A stretch of DNA of 64,000 nt, taken from positions 224,001 to 288,000 of the forward strand of contig CAWDVW010000002.1 of NCBI GenBank assembly GCA_963805855.1, in the 5' to 3' direction. Below the pieces are notes generated by a model. It was not told the DNA's origin and did no database searches. It saw nothing but the letters and a program-made list of their open reading frames with translations. Below are positions 1 through 11,222 of the stretch, one piece after another (the first letter of the stretch is position 1; every line of letters starts with the position of its first letter). The translations under genes were made by a program, and so were the position numbers. This stretch comes from Candidatus Dadabacteria bacterium. GTDB lineage: Bacteria > Desulfobacterota_D > UBA1144 > Nemesobacterales > CSP1-2.

Positions 1-71
1 AAATAGAACCCAATTACGAGGGATTCTGGTTAGCATCCGGACCTCAACAGGCCCACTTTAAAGCGCATTCT

Positions 72-1335
72 TCACTTGATAAATCCTGGGATAGTCTCGC
101 CTCGAATAAGATCCTCAATCTTTTCCCTTTCTCTTACTAAAAAATATTCATCCCTATTGACCAAAACTTCAGGTACGCGTGGACGAGAATTATAATTTGA
201 AGACATTGCAAACCCGTATGCCCCGGCACTGAGTATTGCAAGAAGATCACCCTTTTTGACCCTTGGAAGTTCTCTATCTTTTGCAAAAAAATCACCGGAT
301 TCACATACGGGTCCGACTATGTCTACCTTTTCCTCCTGGCTATTACCCTGATTTACATTCAGAATTTCGTGATAGGAGTCATAGAATGCCGGCCTAATCA
401 AGTCATTCATAGCTGCATCTACGATGACGAACTTCTTTGTTTCTCCTTCTTTTAAATAGATGACCTTTGTTACGAGTATCCCGGCATTGCCAACCAAAGA
501 CCGTCCAGGCTCTAAAACCAGCCTATATGGTTTGTCTACTCAGCTCTCTCACTACTACTTCGGCATAATCTCTCGGTTTAGGTGACACTTCACCCAATTC
601 ATAACTAATTGCCAGTCCCCCTCCTACATCTATATACTGAATATCAATTCCTTCACCCCTCAATAAACCTGAAAGCTCTATAAGCTTTCTTAACGAATCC
701 GCAAATGGAGTGAGATCAAATATCTGTGATCCAATATGTGCATCTATACCAACAATCTCTATACCATCCATCCTTGAAGCTTGCCCGTACACATATCCAG
801 CCTTATCAATATCAATTCCAAACTTACTCTCTTTGAGCCCGGTAGTTATATACGGATGTGTTTTTGGATCGATATCCGGGTTAACACGAATCGCGACCCT
901 CGCCTTCTTCTTTAAATCCTTCGCGACGGTGTTTAACGCTTCAAGCTCCTCAGTGGATTCAACATTGAAAAATAATATCTCTGAAATGATTGCTTCCCTC
1001 ATCTCCTCAAGCGTCTTCCCAACACCAGAAAAGACAATCTTTTGCGGGGCACCACCCGCAATTAAAACTCGGCGGAGTTCTCCTAGCGAAACGATATCAA
1101 ATCCTGCTCCAAAGCTCGCGTATGCCTTAAGAATCGCTAGATTTGAATTTGCCTTTACCGAATAACAAATAAGGGCGTCTATGGACGAAAACGCATTATT
1201 ATAAAGAGCAAAGTTATGCTTTAATGCCGAAAAACTGTATATGTAGCAAGGGGTCCCGAAAGATTCAATAATTCTTCTTACAGGGACTTCCTCTACATGA
1301 AGTTCATTATCTCTATATTCAAATCCGTAGTGCAT
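72..1335 (-). CDS. lysA: Diaminopimelate decarboxylase, split by a +1 frameshift near 530-548
   Basis: ORF 523..1335 has YSVKANSN (PLP lysine), HIGSQ and DVGGG. ORF 72..497 has GPVCESGD and GAYGFAMSSNYNSRPR. The second frame continues upstream as KPYRLVLEPGRSLVGNAG, so removing one base restores a full gene. Confidence 0.93.
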
Positions 1336-1416
1336 ATCACTGGCTCCCTTTGACTTTCACCACACATAATTGGCTAAAAATTTCGATTTGTACAGAATAG
1401 AGACTCATTCGAGCGC

Positions 1417-1462
1417 CATGCCATTCATCCTTCATCATGCATCATGTATCCTGCATCATTAA
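1417..1462. repeat. Degenerate 7-bp periodic intergenic repeat (CATCATG/CATCCTG type)
   Basis: catccttcatcatgcatcatgtatcctgcatcatt. The same family occurs at about 4292, 5280, 24152, 39719 and 52545. Confidence 0.65.
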
Positions 1463-1471
1463 TCACTGAAT

Positions 1472-2065
1472 CTACAATTCACTCTTCAAATAAGATTCGA
1501 CAAAAAGCAATCTATCATTGCCCCAGAACATCTTGTCCCCCACAAAAATTGTCGGCGCGCCGAAAGCGCCCCTTCTAACCGCTTCTGCAGTTTCATTTCT
1601 GAGCTCATCCTTTATATCCTGCTCATCAATCCTCTTTATAAATAGTTCCTGGTCCATATCGAGCTCTTTTAACGCCAGGCGTAGTATATCATCCTGGCTT
1701 ATATCGTCATTCCGAATCCAGTAAAACTCGAAAAGTTTGTGCGTGTAATCCCTAATCCTTCCCTGTTCCTTCGCAACCAACGCGCCCCTCATCGATTTCA
1801 CGCTGTTAACCGGGAACAGCTCCGGGAAATTGAGCTCTATTCCATAATGATTGGCCCAATTCTTTACATCCTGAATCATGTACGTTTTTTTGCTGGGCAC
1901 CTCCAGGGGAGCGCGGTTGCCGGTCTCCTTATATACACCCCCTACTAAAAACGGTTTCCAATCGAGCTTGGCTCCATATTTTGCGCATATCCCTTCAATT
2001 TTCGTTGAAGCAAGATAGCTATACGGGCTTGAAAAATCATAAAAAAACTCAACCTTCTTGCTCAT
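1472..2065 (-). CDS. 2-hydroxychromene-2-carboxylate isomerase / DsbA (GST-kappa) family protein
   Basis: FFYDFSSPYSYL and GAFGAPTIFVGDKMFWGNDRL motifs. Likely start is ATG 2065, downstream of GGAGG. Confidence 0.88.
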   Translation of the reverse strand: MSKKVEFFYDFSSPYSYLASTKIEGICAKYGAKLDWKPFLVGGVYKETGNRAPLEVPSKKTYMIQDVKNWANHYGIELNFPELFPVNSVKSMRGALVAKEQGRIRDYTHKLFEFYWIRNDDISQDDILRLALKELDMDQELFIKRIDEQDIKDELRNETAEAVRRGAFGAPTIFVGDKMFWGNDRLLFVESYLKSEL

Positions 2066-2317
2066 CTTTTCCTCCGAAACACTCAATAAAAACGATCGAT
2101 TTATTTTACAGCAGTTTTCATACACCCACTAATAGACTTAGTGATCTAGACCTTGACCCTATATGCAAGTGTGCTAAAATCAAAATACAATCGTCAGATT
2201 AAATTTTAGCAAACCAAGATAAGCTAAAGAAAAATGACTTGCCAAATTCGATCCACTCCCACCGTCCAAACGCATTAAAGATAAAAGTTTTTTATGAAGA
2301 TTCAAGATAGATAAAAA

Positions 2318-4267
2318 ATGACAAAGGGATTCAATGGCCTTCGAGTTACCGCTTTTGAGAGCCGCCGGGCAAAAGAGATAGAGAAACTGATCCTTTATCA
2401 CGGGGGCTCTCCACTTTTGGCACCCTCCATGAGGGAGGTTCCGTTATCTGAGGCATCGGAGGCATTAGAGTTTGCAAAAAGTCTATTTGAAGGGCAATTT
2501 GATATCATAATTTTCATGACTGGCGTTGGTACTAGCGCACTATTCAAGGCTGTATCAGCAAAATATAAGCAAACCGAACTTCTAGACACACTCCGCAAAG
2601 TAAAAAAGGTGGCTCGGGGCCCCAAACCGGTTGCCGCATTACGCGAATTTGGACTTAGACCAGACCTCCTGGTACCCGAACCAAACACATGGCGCGATAT
2701 TTTAAGGACATTGGATAATGAGCTCCCCGTAAATGGCAAAAGGGTTGCTGTACAGGAATATGGTCTATCTAACACCGAATTGTTATCAAGCTTGCACGGG
2801 AGGGGAGCAATTGTTACTCCCGTACCTGTCTATCGATGGGCGCTGCCCGAAGACCTAACCCCCCTTCGCTCGGCAATCCGTTCAATTGCAGATCAAAGAA
2901 CCGACATATCTCTCTTTACAAGTTCTCAGCAGGTACACCATTTGATCAAGGTAGCGTCGGACGAAGGCCTGGAAGAGCAGCTTAGAGAAGGTTTAAAAAC
3001 AGTGCTCATAGGATCGATTGGACCTACGACAACGCAGACTCTTCGTGAGGCAGGCTTGTCCGCCGACTATGAACCCAATAGTCCCAAGATGGGCAATCTG
3101 ATCCGAGATTTGGCAAGACGCGGTGAAGCCCTTTTGCGGAAGAAAAGGATTGCGTATTCAAACAAGGTTAACACAAACAAATGGCACAGAATTAACATGA
3201 TCTGGAATAAGGACAAGGGCTCCAACCCAAAAGAGGTCACCAAGAATTCGCCATTTTTAAAAGCATGTCGGCTCGAGCGCACGGACTATACACCAATTTG
3301 GCTAATGAGACAGGCCGGGAGGTTTCTGCGCGAATATAGGGAGCTCCGTGAGAAGGTTTCTTTTCTCGAACTTTGCAAAAAACCTGAAGCGGCGGCAGAG
3401 GTAACTCTGATGGCTGTGGATCGTCTGGCTGTTGATGCCGCGATCATTTTTGCCGACATATTGCTCATCCTGGAACCGTTAGGGATAAACCTAGAATTCT
3501 CCAGAGGAGACGGACCACGAATCAGAAAGCCCCTGAGATCGAGGAGGGCGGTTGCGCAGATTAGAGAATTTGATGCCGGAGAACTTAATTTCGTTTATGA
3601 CGCTATCAGGATCACGCGAAGTGCGCTCGACCCCGAGGTTCCATTAATAGGCTTTGCCGGTGCTCCTTTTACCGTCGCCTCATATATCATCGAGGGAAGG
3701 GGCTCGAAGAACTACGAAAACACCAAAGCAATTATGCACGGGGATTCCCCCACCTGGCATACGTTTATGAATAAATTAACCAATGCTACGGTTTCTTACC
3801 TCAACCATCAAATCTCGGCAGGGGCAGACGCAATACAGATTTTTGACAGCTGGGTTGGTTGCCTTTCACCGGACGACTATAGAGAATATGTTCTACCTCA
3901 TATGAATAGGTTGTTTCAAAACATCGTAAAAAACACCCCGGTCATACACTTTGGTACAAATACAGCCGGAATCTTGGAACAGATGAAGGAGGCCGGCGGG
4001 AATGTAATTGGGCTCGACTGGCGAGTGGATCTTAAAGATGCCTGGGCACGAGTTGGTTATAATGTTGGGGTGCAAGGAAACCTGGACCCTGCAATACTAA
4101 TGACGAAGCCAGCGGAAATTCGTAGAAAAGCTTCCATGATTATGGAGAAAGCCGAGAGAAGACCGGGATATATTTTCAACCTCGGACATGGCGTGTTGCC
4201 TAACACACCTGTTGATAATGTCCTTGCACTAATAGATCATGTGCATGAATATTCAAGTAAACGTTAA
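2318..4267 (+). CDS. hemE: Fused uroporphyrinogen-III synthase (HemD) / uroporphyrinogen decarboxylase (HemE)
   Basis: N-terminal FESRRA, FMTGVG, VARGPKP and PVYRW (HemD type). C-terminal PIWLMRQAGR, IGFAGAPFT, QIFDSW and FNLGHG (HemE). One continuous frame. Confidence 0.93.
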   Translation: MTKGFNGLRVTAFESRRAKEIEKLILYHGGSPLLAPSMREVPLSEASEALEFAKSLFEGQFDIIIFMTGVGTSALFKAVSAKYKQTELLDTLRKVKKVARGPKPVAALREFGLRPDLLVPEPNTWRDILRTLDNELPVNGKRVAVQEYGLSNTELLSSLHGRGAIVTPVPVYRWALPEDLTPLRSAIRSIADQRTDISLFTSSQQVHHLIKVASDEGLEEQLREGLKTVLIGSIGPTTTQTLREAGLSADYEPNSPKMGNLIRDLARRGEALLRKKRIAYSNKVNTNKWHRINMIWNKDKGSNPKEVTKNSPFLKACRLERTDYTPIWLMRQAGRFLREYRELREKVSFLELCKKPEAAAEVTLMAVDRLAVDAAIIFADILLILEPLGINLEFSRGDGPRIRKPLRSRRAVAQIREFDAGELNFVYDAIRITRSALDPEVPLIGFAGAPFTVASYIIEGRGSKNYENTKAIMHGDSPTWHTFMNKLTNATVSYLNHQISAGADAIQIFDSWVGCLSPDDYREYVLPHMNRLFQNIVKNTPVIHFGTNTAGILEQMKEAGGNVIGLDWRVDLKDAWARVGYNVGVQGNLDPAILMTKPAEIRRKASMIMEKAERRPGYIFNLGHGVLPNTPVDNVLALIDHVHEYSSKR

Positions 4268-4351
4268 TGCTCGATTGGGTGGAGTAGTGCAGACTGGATC
4301 GTGGATCGTGCATCTTCCATCATGCATCGTGGATCAGGGCGGTGTCGTTAA

Positions 4352-5290
4352 ATGTCAAACAAATATGACGCAATATTGATGATAGCGTATGGCGGACCCG
4401 AAAAGACCGAGGACGTAAGGCCATTCCTCTCTACGGTTGCAAGCGGGCGGCCTATTCCACCCGATCGCTTAGAGGAAGTGGCTCATCACTATGAGCTTAT
4501 AGGAGGCAAATCACCACTGAACGAGCTTACATACCGGCAAGCTAAGGGGCTGGAGGCTCAGCTGAAAATCAACGGATATCCCCTACCGGTCTATGTTGGC
4601 ATGAGAAACTGGCATCCATTCCTTTCTGATACAGTCATCGAGATGTCAAAAGAAGGGGTAAACAGGGCATTGGCCATAATAATGGCAGCCCATCAATCCG
4701 ATGCGAGCTGGGAAAGGTATCAGCGAGATGTGGAGGAGGCCATTCGTACAACCGGCGTTGACCTGTCCGTAGATTACACAGAACCATTTTATGATCATCC
4801 TCTATTTATTGAGGACTCAGCCGAGCGGATAGCCGAATGCCTCGAACAGATACCGCCCGCTGATCGTGACGATACCCTTTTGATTTTTACAGCGCACAGC
4901 ATCCCGACTCCCATGGCCGAAGCATCTCCGTATGTAGAGCAACTTACGGTTTCATGTCGGCTGATATCGGAGAGGCTAGGTCATGAAACTTGGGTGCTCG
5001 CATATCAAAGCAGGAGCGGTCGTCCTACAGACCCCTGGCTGGAGCCTGATGTGTGTGATGTAATCAGAGAGCACTCCAAAAAATCCACCGGTCATGTAAT
5101 AATTCAACCGATCGGATTTATTTGTGATCACGTTGAAGTCCTTTATGATATCGGTATTGAAGCAGCGGAGGTTGCTGAGGAAGTTGGAATAAAAATGCTG
5201 AGAGCCAAAACGGTAAATGATGATCAGAAGTTTATTGAGGCACTAGCAGACATTGTTATCCGTCACATAAACAAGATACAGGATACATGA
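4352..5290 (+). CDS. hemH: Ferrochelatase (probably coproporphyrin III ferrochelatase)
   Basis: YGGPE, HYELIGGKSPL, FTAHSIP, YQSRSG..PWLEPD and GFICDHVEVLYD motifs. Lies in the hem operon. Confidence 0.93.
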   Translation: MSNKYDAILMIAYGGPEKTEDVRPFLSTVASGRPIPPDRLEEVAHHYELIGGKSPLNELTYRQAKGLEAQLKINGYPLPVYVGMRNWHPFLSDTVIEMSKEGVNRALAIIMAAHQSDASWERYQRDVEEAIRTTGVDLSVDYTEPFYDHPLFIEDSAERIAECLEQIPPADRDDTLLIFTAHSIPTPMAEASPYVEQLTVSCRLISERLGHETWVLAYQSRSGRPTDPWLEPDVCDVIREHSKKSTGHVIIQPIGFICDHVEVLYDIGIEAAEVAEEVGIKMLRAKTVNDDQKFIEALADIVIRHINKIQDT

Positions 5291-5382
5291 TTCACGATAC
5301 ATGATTAATGATTGATGATGCAGGACTCTGGATCGATCATGCATCCCAAATCCTGCATCATGCATCGTGTATCTTGCATCAT
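5280..5382. repeat. Degenerate 7-bp periodic repeat, GATGCAT-type then inverted CATCATG-type
   Basis: ggatacatgattcacgatacatgattaatgattgatgatgcagg...catcatgcatcgtgtatcttgcatcat. Confidence 0.65.
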
Positions 5383-5412
5383 GTCATCTGCAGGAATACA
5401 CCGTAGCGAAAA

Positions 5413-6834
5413 ATGCGAATAGCTATCATAGGTGGTGGTATAACGGGACTGAGCGCCGCGCATCGGCTAATGGAGTTGAGCTCTGAGAGTAAAACTCGGC
5501 TTGAAGTTCTTCTCCTTGAAGGACGTAATAAGCCCGGCGGAGTTATATCTACCAAACGGGTAGATGAATTTTTAGTTGAAGAGGGACCCGATTCCTTCAT
5601 TACCACCAAGCCATGGGCGTTGGACCTATCTAGACGATTGGGTTTGGAACCGGAACTAATCCCGACAAGTGAAGAAAACCGTCGCACCTATGTTGTGAAA
5701 CGGGGAAGACTCATACACGTGCCTGATGGATTCCTTATGCTTGCGCCGACTCGCCTTGTATCGTTCTTAAAATCGCCCTTGTTTACATGGCGCGGGAAGC
5801 TACGAACAGCATTTGAGATAGTTCTACCAAGTAGATCGGGCAACGGTGATGAAAGCCTCGCATCGTTCGTTACGCGACGATTTGGTCGAGAGGTGCTTGA
5901 TGTTGTCGCGCAACCATTAATAAGTGGCATTTACACAGCTGATCCGCAAACCCTGAGTCTTAAGGCCACCTTCCCCCAATTTCTAGAATTGGAACAGAAG
6001 CACGGAAGCGTAATAAGGGCTTTGATCAGAGAAAATAAAAAAAGAAAGACTCCGACATCCGGTGAGAGCGGAGCCCGTTATAGCCTTTTCTTATCCTTCA
6101 AAAGTGGCATGGAAACTTTGATAGAGAAGTTGGGTTCCGGTCTGCCCAGAAAATCTTTGAACCTCGGGAAAACCATTAAACGCTTGGAACCGTCAAAAAA
6201 CGGGTGGGCACTGATGACTGAGGACGGAAAAATGATAGATGCCGATGGTGTAATAATCGCCTTGGCCTCCAATAAGGCATATAAGTTACTCGAAAAATTT
6301 GACAGTCGTCTTGCTAAAGAATTATCACAGATAAGATATGAGTCCTCTGTCGTTATCAACCTCGGTTACAACCTTAAAGACATATCTCATAATCTAGATG
6401 GCTTCGGATTTGTTGTACCGACAGTTGAAAGGCGCCCTATCTTAGCCTGCTCCTTTAGCAGTTTAAAATTCAAGGGAAGGGCACCAGAAGGCAGGGTTCT
6501 GCTCCGCTGTTTTATTGGGGGTGCAACTAATCCCGAAATTTATGAAAGGGACGATAACTGGCTGACGAAAACTGCACATGAAGAAATGTGCGAACTACTC
6601 GGAGTGAGTGATAAACCTGTCTTAAAGATGGTGAGCAGGTACCATCAATCAATGCCTCAATACTTTGTTGGGCATCTTGACCTCGTTGCCAAAATAAAAG
6701 AGCGAGTAGACAAATATAAGTCCCTTGAGCTTGCCGGAAACGCATACGGTGGAGTTGGCATACCGGACTGTATAAATTCCGGAGAAACAGCGGCAGAAAA
6801 CATCTTCAATAATCTAAAAAATAAACCCAGTTAA
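5413..6834 (+). CDS. hemY: HemY-family coproporphyrinogen/protoporphyrinogen oxidase
   Basis: GGGITGL FAD-binding motif, EEGPDSF, GFGFVVP and GVGIPDCI. Confidence 0.92.
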   Translation: MRIAIIGGGITGLSAAHRLMELSSESKTRLEVLLLEGRNKPGGVISTKRVDEFLVEEGPDSFITTKPWALDLSRRLGLEPELIPTSEENRRTYVVKRGRLIHVPDGFLMLAPTRLVSFLKSPLFTWRGKLRTAFEIVLPSRSGNGDESLASFVTRRFGREVLDVVAQPLISGIYTADPQTLSLKATFPQFLELEQKHGSVIRALIRENKKRKTPTSGESGARYSLFLSFKSGMETLIEKLGSGLPRKSLNLGKTIKRLEPSKNGWALMTEDGKMIDADGVIIALASNKAYKLLEKFDSRLAKELSQIRYESSVVINLGYNLKDISHNLDGFGFVVPTVERRPILACSFSSLKFKGRAPEGRVLLRCFIGGATNPEIYERDDNWLTKTAHEEMCELLGVSDKPVLKMVSRYHQSMPQYFVGHLDLVAKIKERVDKYKSLELAGNAYGGVGIPDCINSGETAAENIFNNLKNKPS

Positions 6835-6857
6835 TGATCGAAAGACTCTGAATACGA

Positions 6858-7430
6858 CTATGTTTTAAATGCCTTTTCTCTGAACAGCCTTCTATACAAT
6901 TTAACAAATGCAAAACATATTATTCCAATCACCGAAATAAACGCCACCACGGGAAAAGAAATTGCTATAATTGACATTGCCACTGATCCACCAGCTTCAG
7001 CAGTTGAAACGATCGGATTAGCAAATCCCCCTGTTGTAGCGGTCGATACCAGTCTGGTTATGCCAGTCAAACCCTGAACCGTACCGGCAATTCCTCCACC
7101 AACTATGACCGCTAGTGACCATCTGAGTAAAGGGCTCATTTCCGAGACAGCTGAGGCCATGACTATCGTACCGGCGATTATTGCAGCAGGAACCGCAATC
7201 GTATCCAGGAGGTTATCGATAACCGGGACGTAATAAGAAAGGATCTCAACTATCGAAGCTATCCCAAACACTACAAGAGCTGGATATGTGCCGATCCATT
7301 CAAAGCCAGGGGCCAGGGATAGATGACCAGAAAGTGCCGAAACGCTCACTATCATCAGTGGAATGAATACTCTAAATCCACACGCGGCGCTGAGACCAAT
7401 GCCTATAAAAATGCTTAGTAATGTTTCCAT
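6858..7430 (-). CDS. DUF4126-family membrane protein
   Basis: GIGLSAACGFRVFIP, EILSYYVPVIDNLLDTIAVP and NPIVSTAE. Confidence 0.85.
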   Translation of the reverse strand: METLLSIFIGIGLSAACGFRVFIPLMIVSVSALSGHLSLAPGFEWIGTYPALVVFGIASIVEILSYYVPVIDNLLDTIAVPAAIIAGTIVMASAVSEMSPLLRWSLAVIVGGGIAGTVQGLTGITRLVSTATTGGFANPIVSTAEAGGSVAMSIIAISFPVVAFISVIGIICFAFVKLYRRLFREKAFKT

Positions 7431-7728
7431 ATCTTTAGCCCTCCTGCTAAAGTAATTATATAAACAGTGATCTCGAGATCAAGACAGAAGTAGATTTAGG
7501 ATGCTTATTGCCAAACCAAATAAAGCTCTTGATTGATACCCACTAAGCGGAAACAAATATTTATTCAAAAAGTTTGATACTAATAAATGTTTGGATATCA
7601 TATTAGAAACTTCGATACGCAGGTTCATAGAAAAAAAAACAAAGACTGGAACAAAGACTCGGATTAATAGTATCATGAAGACAATGTTCAGTTATAATTC
7701 AAAAAATTCTAATGGAGGTAAGTAATCG

Positions 7729-8502
7729 ATGAAACATAAAGACAAGGTAGCGATTGTCACAGGTGGAAGCCTCGGATTAGGGAAGGCAACGGCAATTCTC
7801 CTCGCAAAAGAAGGAGCAAAAGTTGTAATAACCGGCCGTACTGAAAAGACCTTGAAGGAAACTGTAGAAGAAGCAAAAAAAGAAGGGCTAGAAATTGATT
7901 ATTTTGTCAGTGATGTCTCTAAGGAAAATGATTGCAAGGCCGCAGTCGATTATACAATGGGGAAATACACCCGCGTAGATATTCTATTCAACAATGCAGG
8001 CGTCTTGTATATTTATAACACCCACGAAACACCAACAGACAAATGGGAAGAAACTTTTGATGTAAACGTAAAAGGCACTTATTTTATGTCAAAATATGTA
8101 ATTCCAAAGATGTTAGAACAGGGTGGTGGTTGCATAGTCAACAACTCTTCTATACTAGGCTTGAAAGCAATTCCCGGCGCAGCCGCATACAACGCAAGCA
8201 AGGGAGCCATAACACAGCTCACAAGGAGTATGGCTCTTGAGTACGCGGAGAAAGGGATTCGTGTTAACTGTATATGTCCCGGCACAATTTGGACCCCAAT
8301 GGTGGAAGGATTTTTCGCTGCTGTCCCCGATCAGGACGCGCTTAAAGGATATTTGGAAACACTCCAGCCCCTTGCCAAACATTTAGGGCGTTTCGGCAAA
8401 CCCGAGGAAATTGCTCACGCTGTTTCATTCCTCTGTGACGACAATGTTAAGTATATGACTGGTGCTGCGCTTTCGGTCGATGCAGGATGGATCGCCGGAT
8501 AA
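7729..8502 (+). CDS. SDR-family NAD(P)-dependent oxidoreductase
   Basis: TGGSLGLG, NNAG and YNASK motifs. RBS GGAGG upstream. Confidence 0.92.
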   Translation: MKHKDKVAIVTGGSLGLGKATAILLAKEGAKVVITGRTEKTLKETVEEAKKEGLEIDYFVSDVSKENDCKAAVDYTMGKYTRVDILFNNAGVLYIYNTHETPTDKWEETFDVNVKGTYFMSKYVIPKMLEQGGGCIVNNSSILGLKAIPGAAAYNASKGAITQLTRSMALEYAEKGIRVNCICPGTIWTPMVEGFFAAVPDQDALKGYLETLQPLAKHLGRFGKPEEIAHAVSFLCDDNVKYMTGAALSVDAGWIAG

Positions 8503-8630
8503 CTAGTTAAGATTTTAATAGAAAATTTTATATCGAGGTTTATTATCGAAGAACTAGTTGTAGAATTTGATTTGAATTGATGGTATAAATATGTTTAAGA
8601 TTTTTCTATTCTAAATCATCTTAAAGGAGG

Positions 8631-8975
8631 GTGAGGATGAAAATTAGGTTAACCATTGTTTTGGCCTTGATTTTCGCAACTGGTTTCTCCACTCTTAGCT
8701 CCTTTGGCGTGGAATACAGTCAAACGGCCTCACAAAAGCACTTCACTGCAATTATATTGAGTCTTCCCGGTGTTATTAGCGCAGAGTGGGATTCTCCAAT
8801 ATCATTATGGGTAAAAACCTCATCTAAAGCTGTTGGATCACCGCCAAATGCACAAAAGGCAAAACAGTTAGCCGACATACTGGCTGAGAGGGGAAGAACT
8901 GCGCTCAGGCAACCGTTTTGCGTTCACATTTATCAGAAAAAAGACAGTGAACTGGCTAGCTCTTGCGTTTATTAA
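8631..8975 (+). CDS. Hypothetical exported protein
   Basis: Strong RBS AAAGGAGG, signal-peptide-like N-terminus and two C-terminal Cys. Confidence 0.65.
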   Translation: MRMKIRLTIVLALIFATGFSTLSSFGVEYSQTASQKHFTAIILSLPGVISAEWDSPISLWVKTSSKAVGSPPNAQKAKQLADILAERGRTALRQPFCVHIYQKKDSELASSCVY

Positions 8976-8994
8976 GCTATTACAATCATAGAGA

Positions 8995-10014
8995 ATGAGT
9001 CTAAGCATAAAGGATGAGGCAAGATTTCTATTCTATATATTCGCTCCGATCCTTTTTCTGTCGTGCGTGGGTCGAAACCCTGTAGAGCCTGCGCCCGAGT
9101 CTGGATATTATGAAAATGAACCCGTTGTTTTCGACGCAAGCTACGATGAAGTATGGTCCGCAACTATTGCTGCTTTAGAATCGCTCGACTGGCGAATCCA
9201 AAGCCAGGATATGTCTACTGGTAGAATACAATTCGAAACATCTTATGTTTATAGCCCCGAATTCGGTAAAAGGGACAGAGTATATGCTGAACCAACAAAT
9301 CAGCAGATTAAGGATTCCAAGGTCATGGCTTATCTGAGACAAATATCATACTTCGAAAAATTGACCCCTCCGCCAGCCCCACCCAACCCACAATTCGTAA
9401 AGGAAAAATTGCGTGTCGACGTGAAAAGCCTTGCCCCCTCGGAGACTGAGGTAAAGCTAAGTTATAAAATCATGCCATTCTTTGATTATAAAATCGGATA
9501 CCTGGGCACAGTTAGGTCGAGGGGCCACCTGGAAAAGATGGTACTGCAGGAGATAAATGACGCTCTAATGAAAAAACAGATGCTAGCTCAGGAACTACCA
9601 GAAGCCCCACCAGCCGCATCTTCACTTGAAATAGGATTGGAATTGAAGGATATTTTCTTCGATTTCGACAAATCTGATATAAGACCAGACGCCATAGCAG
9701 TCCTTCAAGAAAATGCCAAGGCACTCAGGGACAACCCGGATTTCACAGTAATGATTCAGGGGTATGCCGACATAAGGGGCACTGCTCAATACAACCTTGC
9801 GCTCGCATTGAGGAGGGCTAATGCGGCGAAAAATTTTCTGATTGGTCTGGGTATAGCTCCGGTAAGAATTATAGTGGTGAGCAAGGGCGCCACAACGAGA
9901 TTTGCCCCGGGAACTACTGAGGATGCATATCAGTTGAATAGGAGAGATCAATTCATATCTATAAAACCAGGCACTGGCACGGGGGCATTGACTACTTATC
10001 GCACTAATGAATGA
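8995..10014 (+). CDS. Lipoprotein with C-terminal OmpA/Pal peptidoglycan-binding domain
   Basis: Lipobox-like FLSC. C-terminal IFFDFDKS, QGYADIRG, YNLALALRRA and NRR. Confidence 0.85.
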   Translation: MSLSIKDEARFLFYIFAPILFLSCVGRNPVEPAPESGYYENEPVVFDASYDEVWSATIAALESLDWRIQSQDMSTGRIQFETSYVYSPEFGKRDRVYAEPTNQQIKDSKVMAYLRQISYFEKLTPPPAPPNPQFVKEKLRVDVKSLAPSETEVKLSYKIMPFFDYKIGYLGTVRSRGHLEKMVLQEINDALMKKQMLAQELPEAPPAASSLEIGLELKDIFFDFDKSDIRPDAIAVLQENAKALRDNPDFTVMIQGYADIRGTAQYNLALALRRANAAKNFLIGLGIAPVRIIVVSKGATTRFAPGTTEDAYQLNRRDQFISIKPGTGTGALTTYRTNE

Positions 10015-10100
10015 GAGTAAATCCTTATCAAATTAAATCTAATTGTTCTTATCGTATTAGACAATTCGACACCACTTGCACTTAAATTCATCGTGTTAAA

Positions 10101-11048
10101 GTGAAAGTATTGCGGCCAGTCCTTAATTCCGTTTATCCGATATTCAAGTTAGCGCTGTCAAAACAAAACTTTGCCACTACCAGAAATTCTAATCATGTAC
10201 TACAACATCTCAGTATGTCGGAGCGGATAGAAGTGAAAGACTCAAGATTTGACATTAATAAATTAAAAAAAACCTATAAGGACATGAGAAATTATTTCAA
10301 CGATATTAAGGAATTATCCAATTCCGAAGAGGAGGTCACCCACGCGCAATTTGTTATCGATATGCTTCTGAAATGGGAAAGTACACAGTTTAAGACGAAG
10401 CAGAGGATCCCAATAAGTTTTAATGAATATCTCGTCTTCACCATATTGCTGCCGAACGAGACTAACAACAATGATCCGAGCATCGTCGATGGATTGTGGG
10501 CTTATCAATATTTCTTGATAAACATAGGCGAAAAAAAAGAAGCAGACACACTTGAGTCCATCATGCGCAGCAAAATAGGCAGAGAGGAATGGAACGAGAC
10601 CAAGAAGCGAAATGTCATGGCAGCAAATCTGCTCAGATCCGCATACGAAAAAAGTAAGGGATCTGATAACGAGGCTCTAATTGAAGAAGGCGATAAAATA
10701 TCAAATCAGCTCGACTTCGCTTTTATGAAAGATGATAAAGAGGAAAAACAGATACTCGATCAAAAAGAAGAGCCAGACATTCAGGAAAGTGAAAAAGAAG
10801 ATAAATTTGATATGCGCAAATATCTTGAAAAAGAAAGGAAGAAAAAAATACTAGCTCCATATATATGGTTTCCATTCCTCATCATTCTAGCCGGCATCGT
10901 TTTCTATACAGTCTATGGGGCGAGGTTAGGAAGATTAAATGAAAAAGTATTATTGATATTGATCGGTGTATTAATAGTCATGACTTTAGGATTTATCGTC
11001 ATCAAAATGTCGTCGAAAGATAGAGGACAGGGGCAGAAAGGCCCTTAA
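10101..11048 (+). CDS. Hypothetical protein with two C-terminal TM helices
   Basis: Long ORF with two hydrophobic segments near the C-terminus. The true start may be MSERIEV. Confidence 0.6.
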   Translation: MKVLRPVLNSVYPIFKLALSKQNFATTRNSNHVLQHLSMSERIEVKDSRFDINKLKKTYKDMRNYFNDIKELSNSEEEVTHAQFVIDMLLKWESTQFKTKQRIPISFNEYLVFTILLPNETNNNDPSIVDGLWAYQYFLINIGEKKEADTLESIMRSKIGREEWNETKKRNVMAANLLRSAYEKSKGSDNEALIEEGDKISNQLDFAFMKDDKEEKQILDQKEEPDIQESEKEDKFDMRKYLEKERKKKILAPYIWFPFLIILAGIVFYTVYGARLGRLNEKVLLILIGVLIVMTLGFIVIKMSSKDRGQGQKGP

Positions 11049-11222
11049 AATATGCCGTTCTTCCATTGCAAGCCAATTCAGAATCAGAATTTAAGCATTT
11101 CGATTCAAGTATTCAATTTGAAGATCACAGTAGTAAAAGAAATTCAAACCTGAACAGCTGGCTATTCGACCGTACCTAAATTTTTATTTCGCAATTTCCA
11201 AAAAAAGAATGAAATTTAGAGG

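Noticed and set aside
523-560. Programmed ribosomal frameshift in lysA
   Set aside because: No canonical slippery heptamer, and several other single-base indels in the window point to sequence error.
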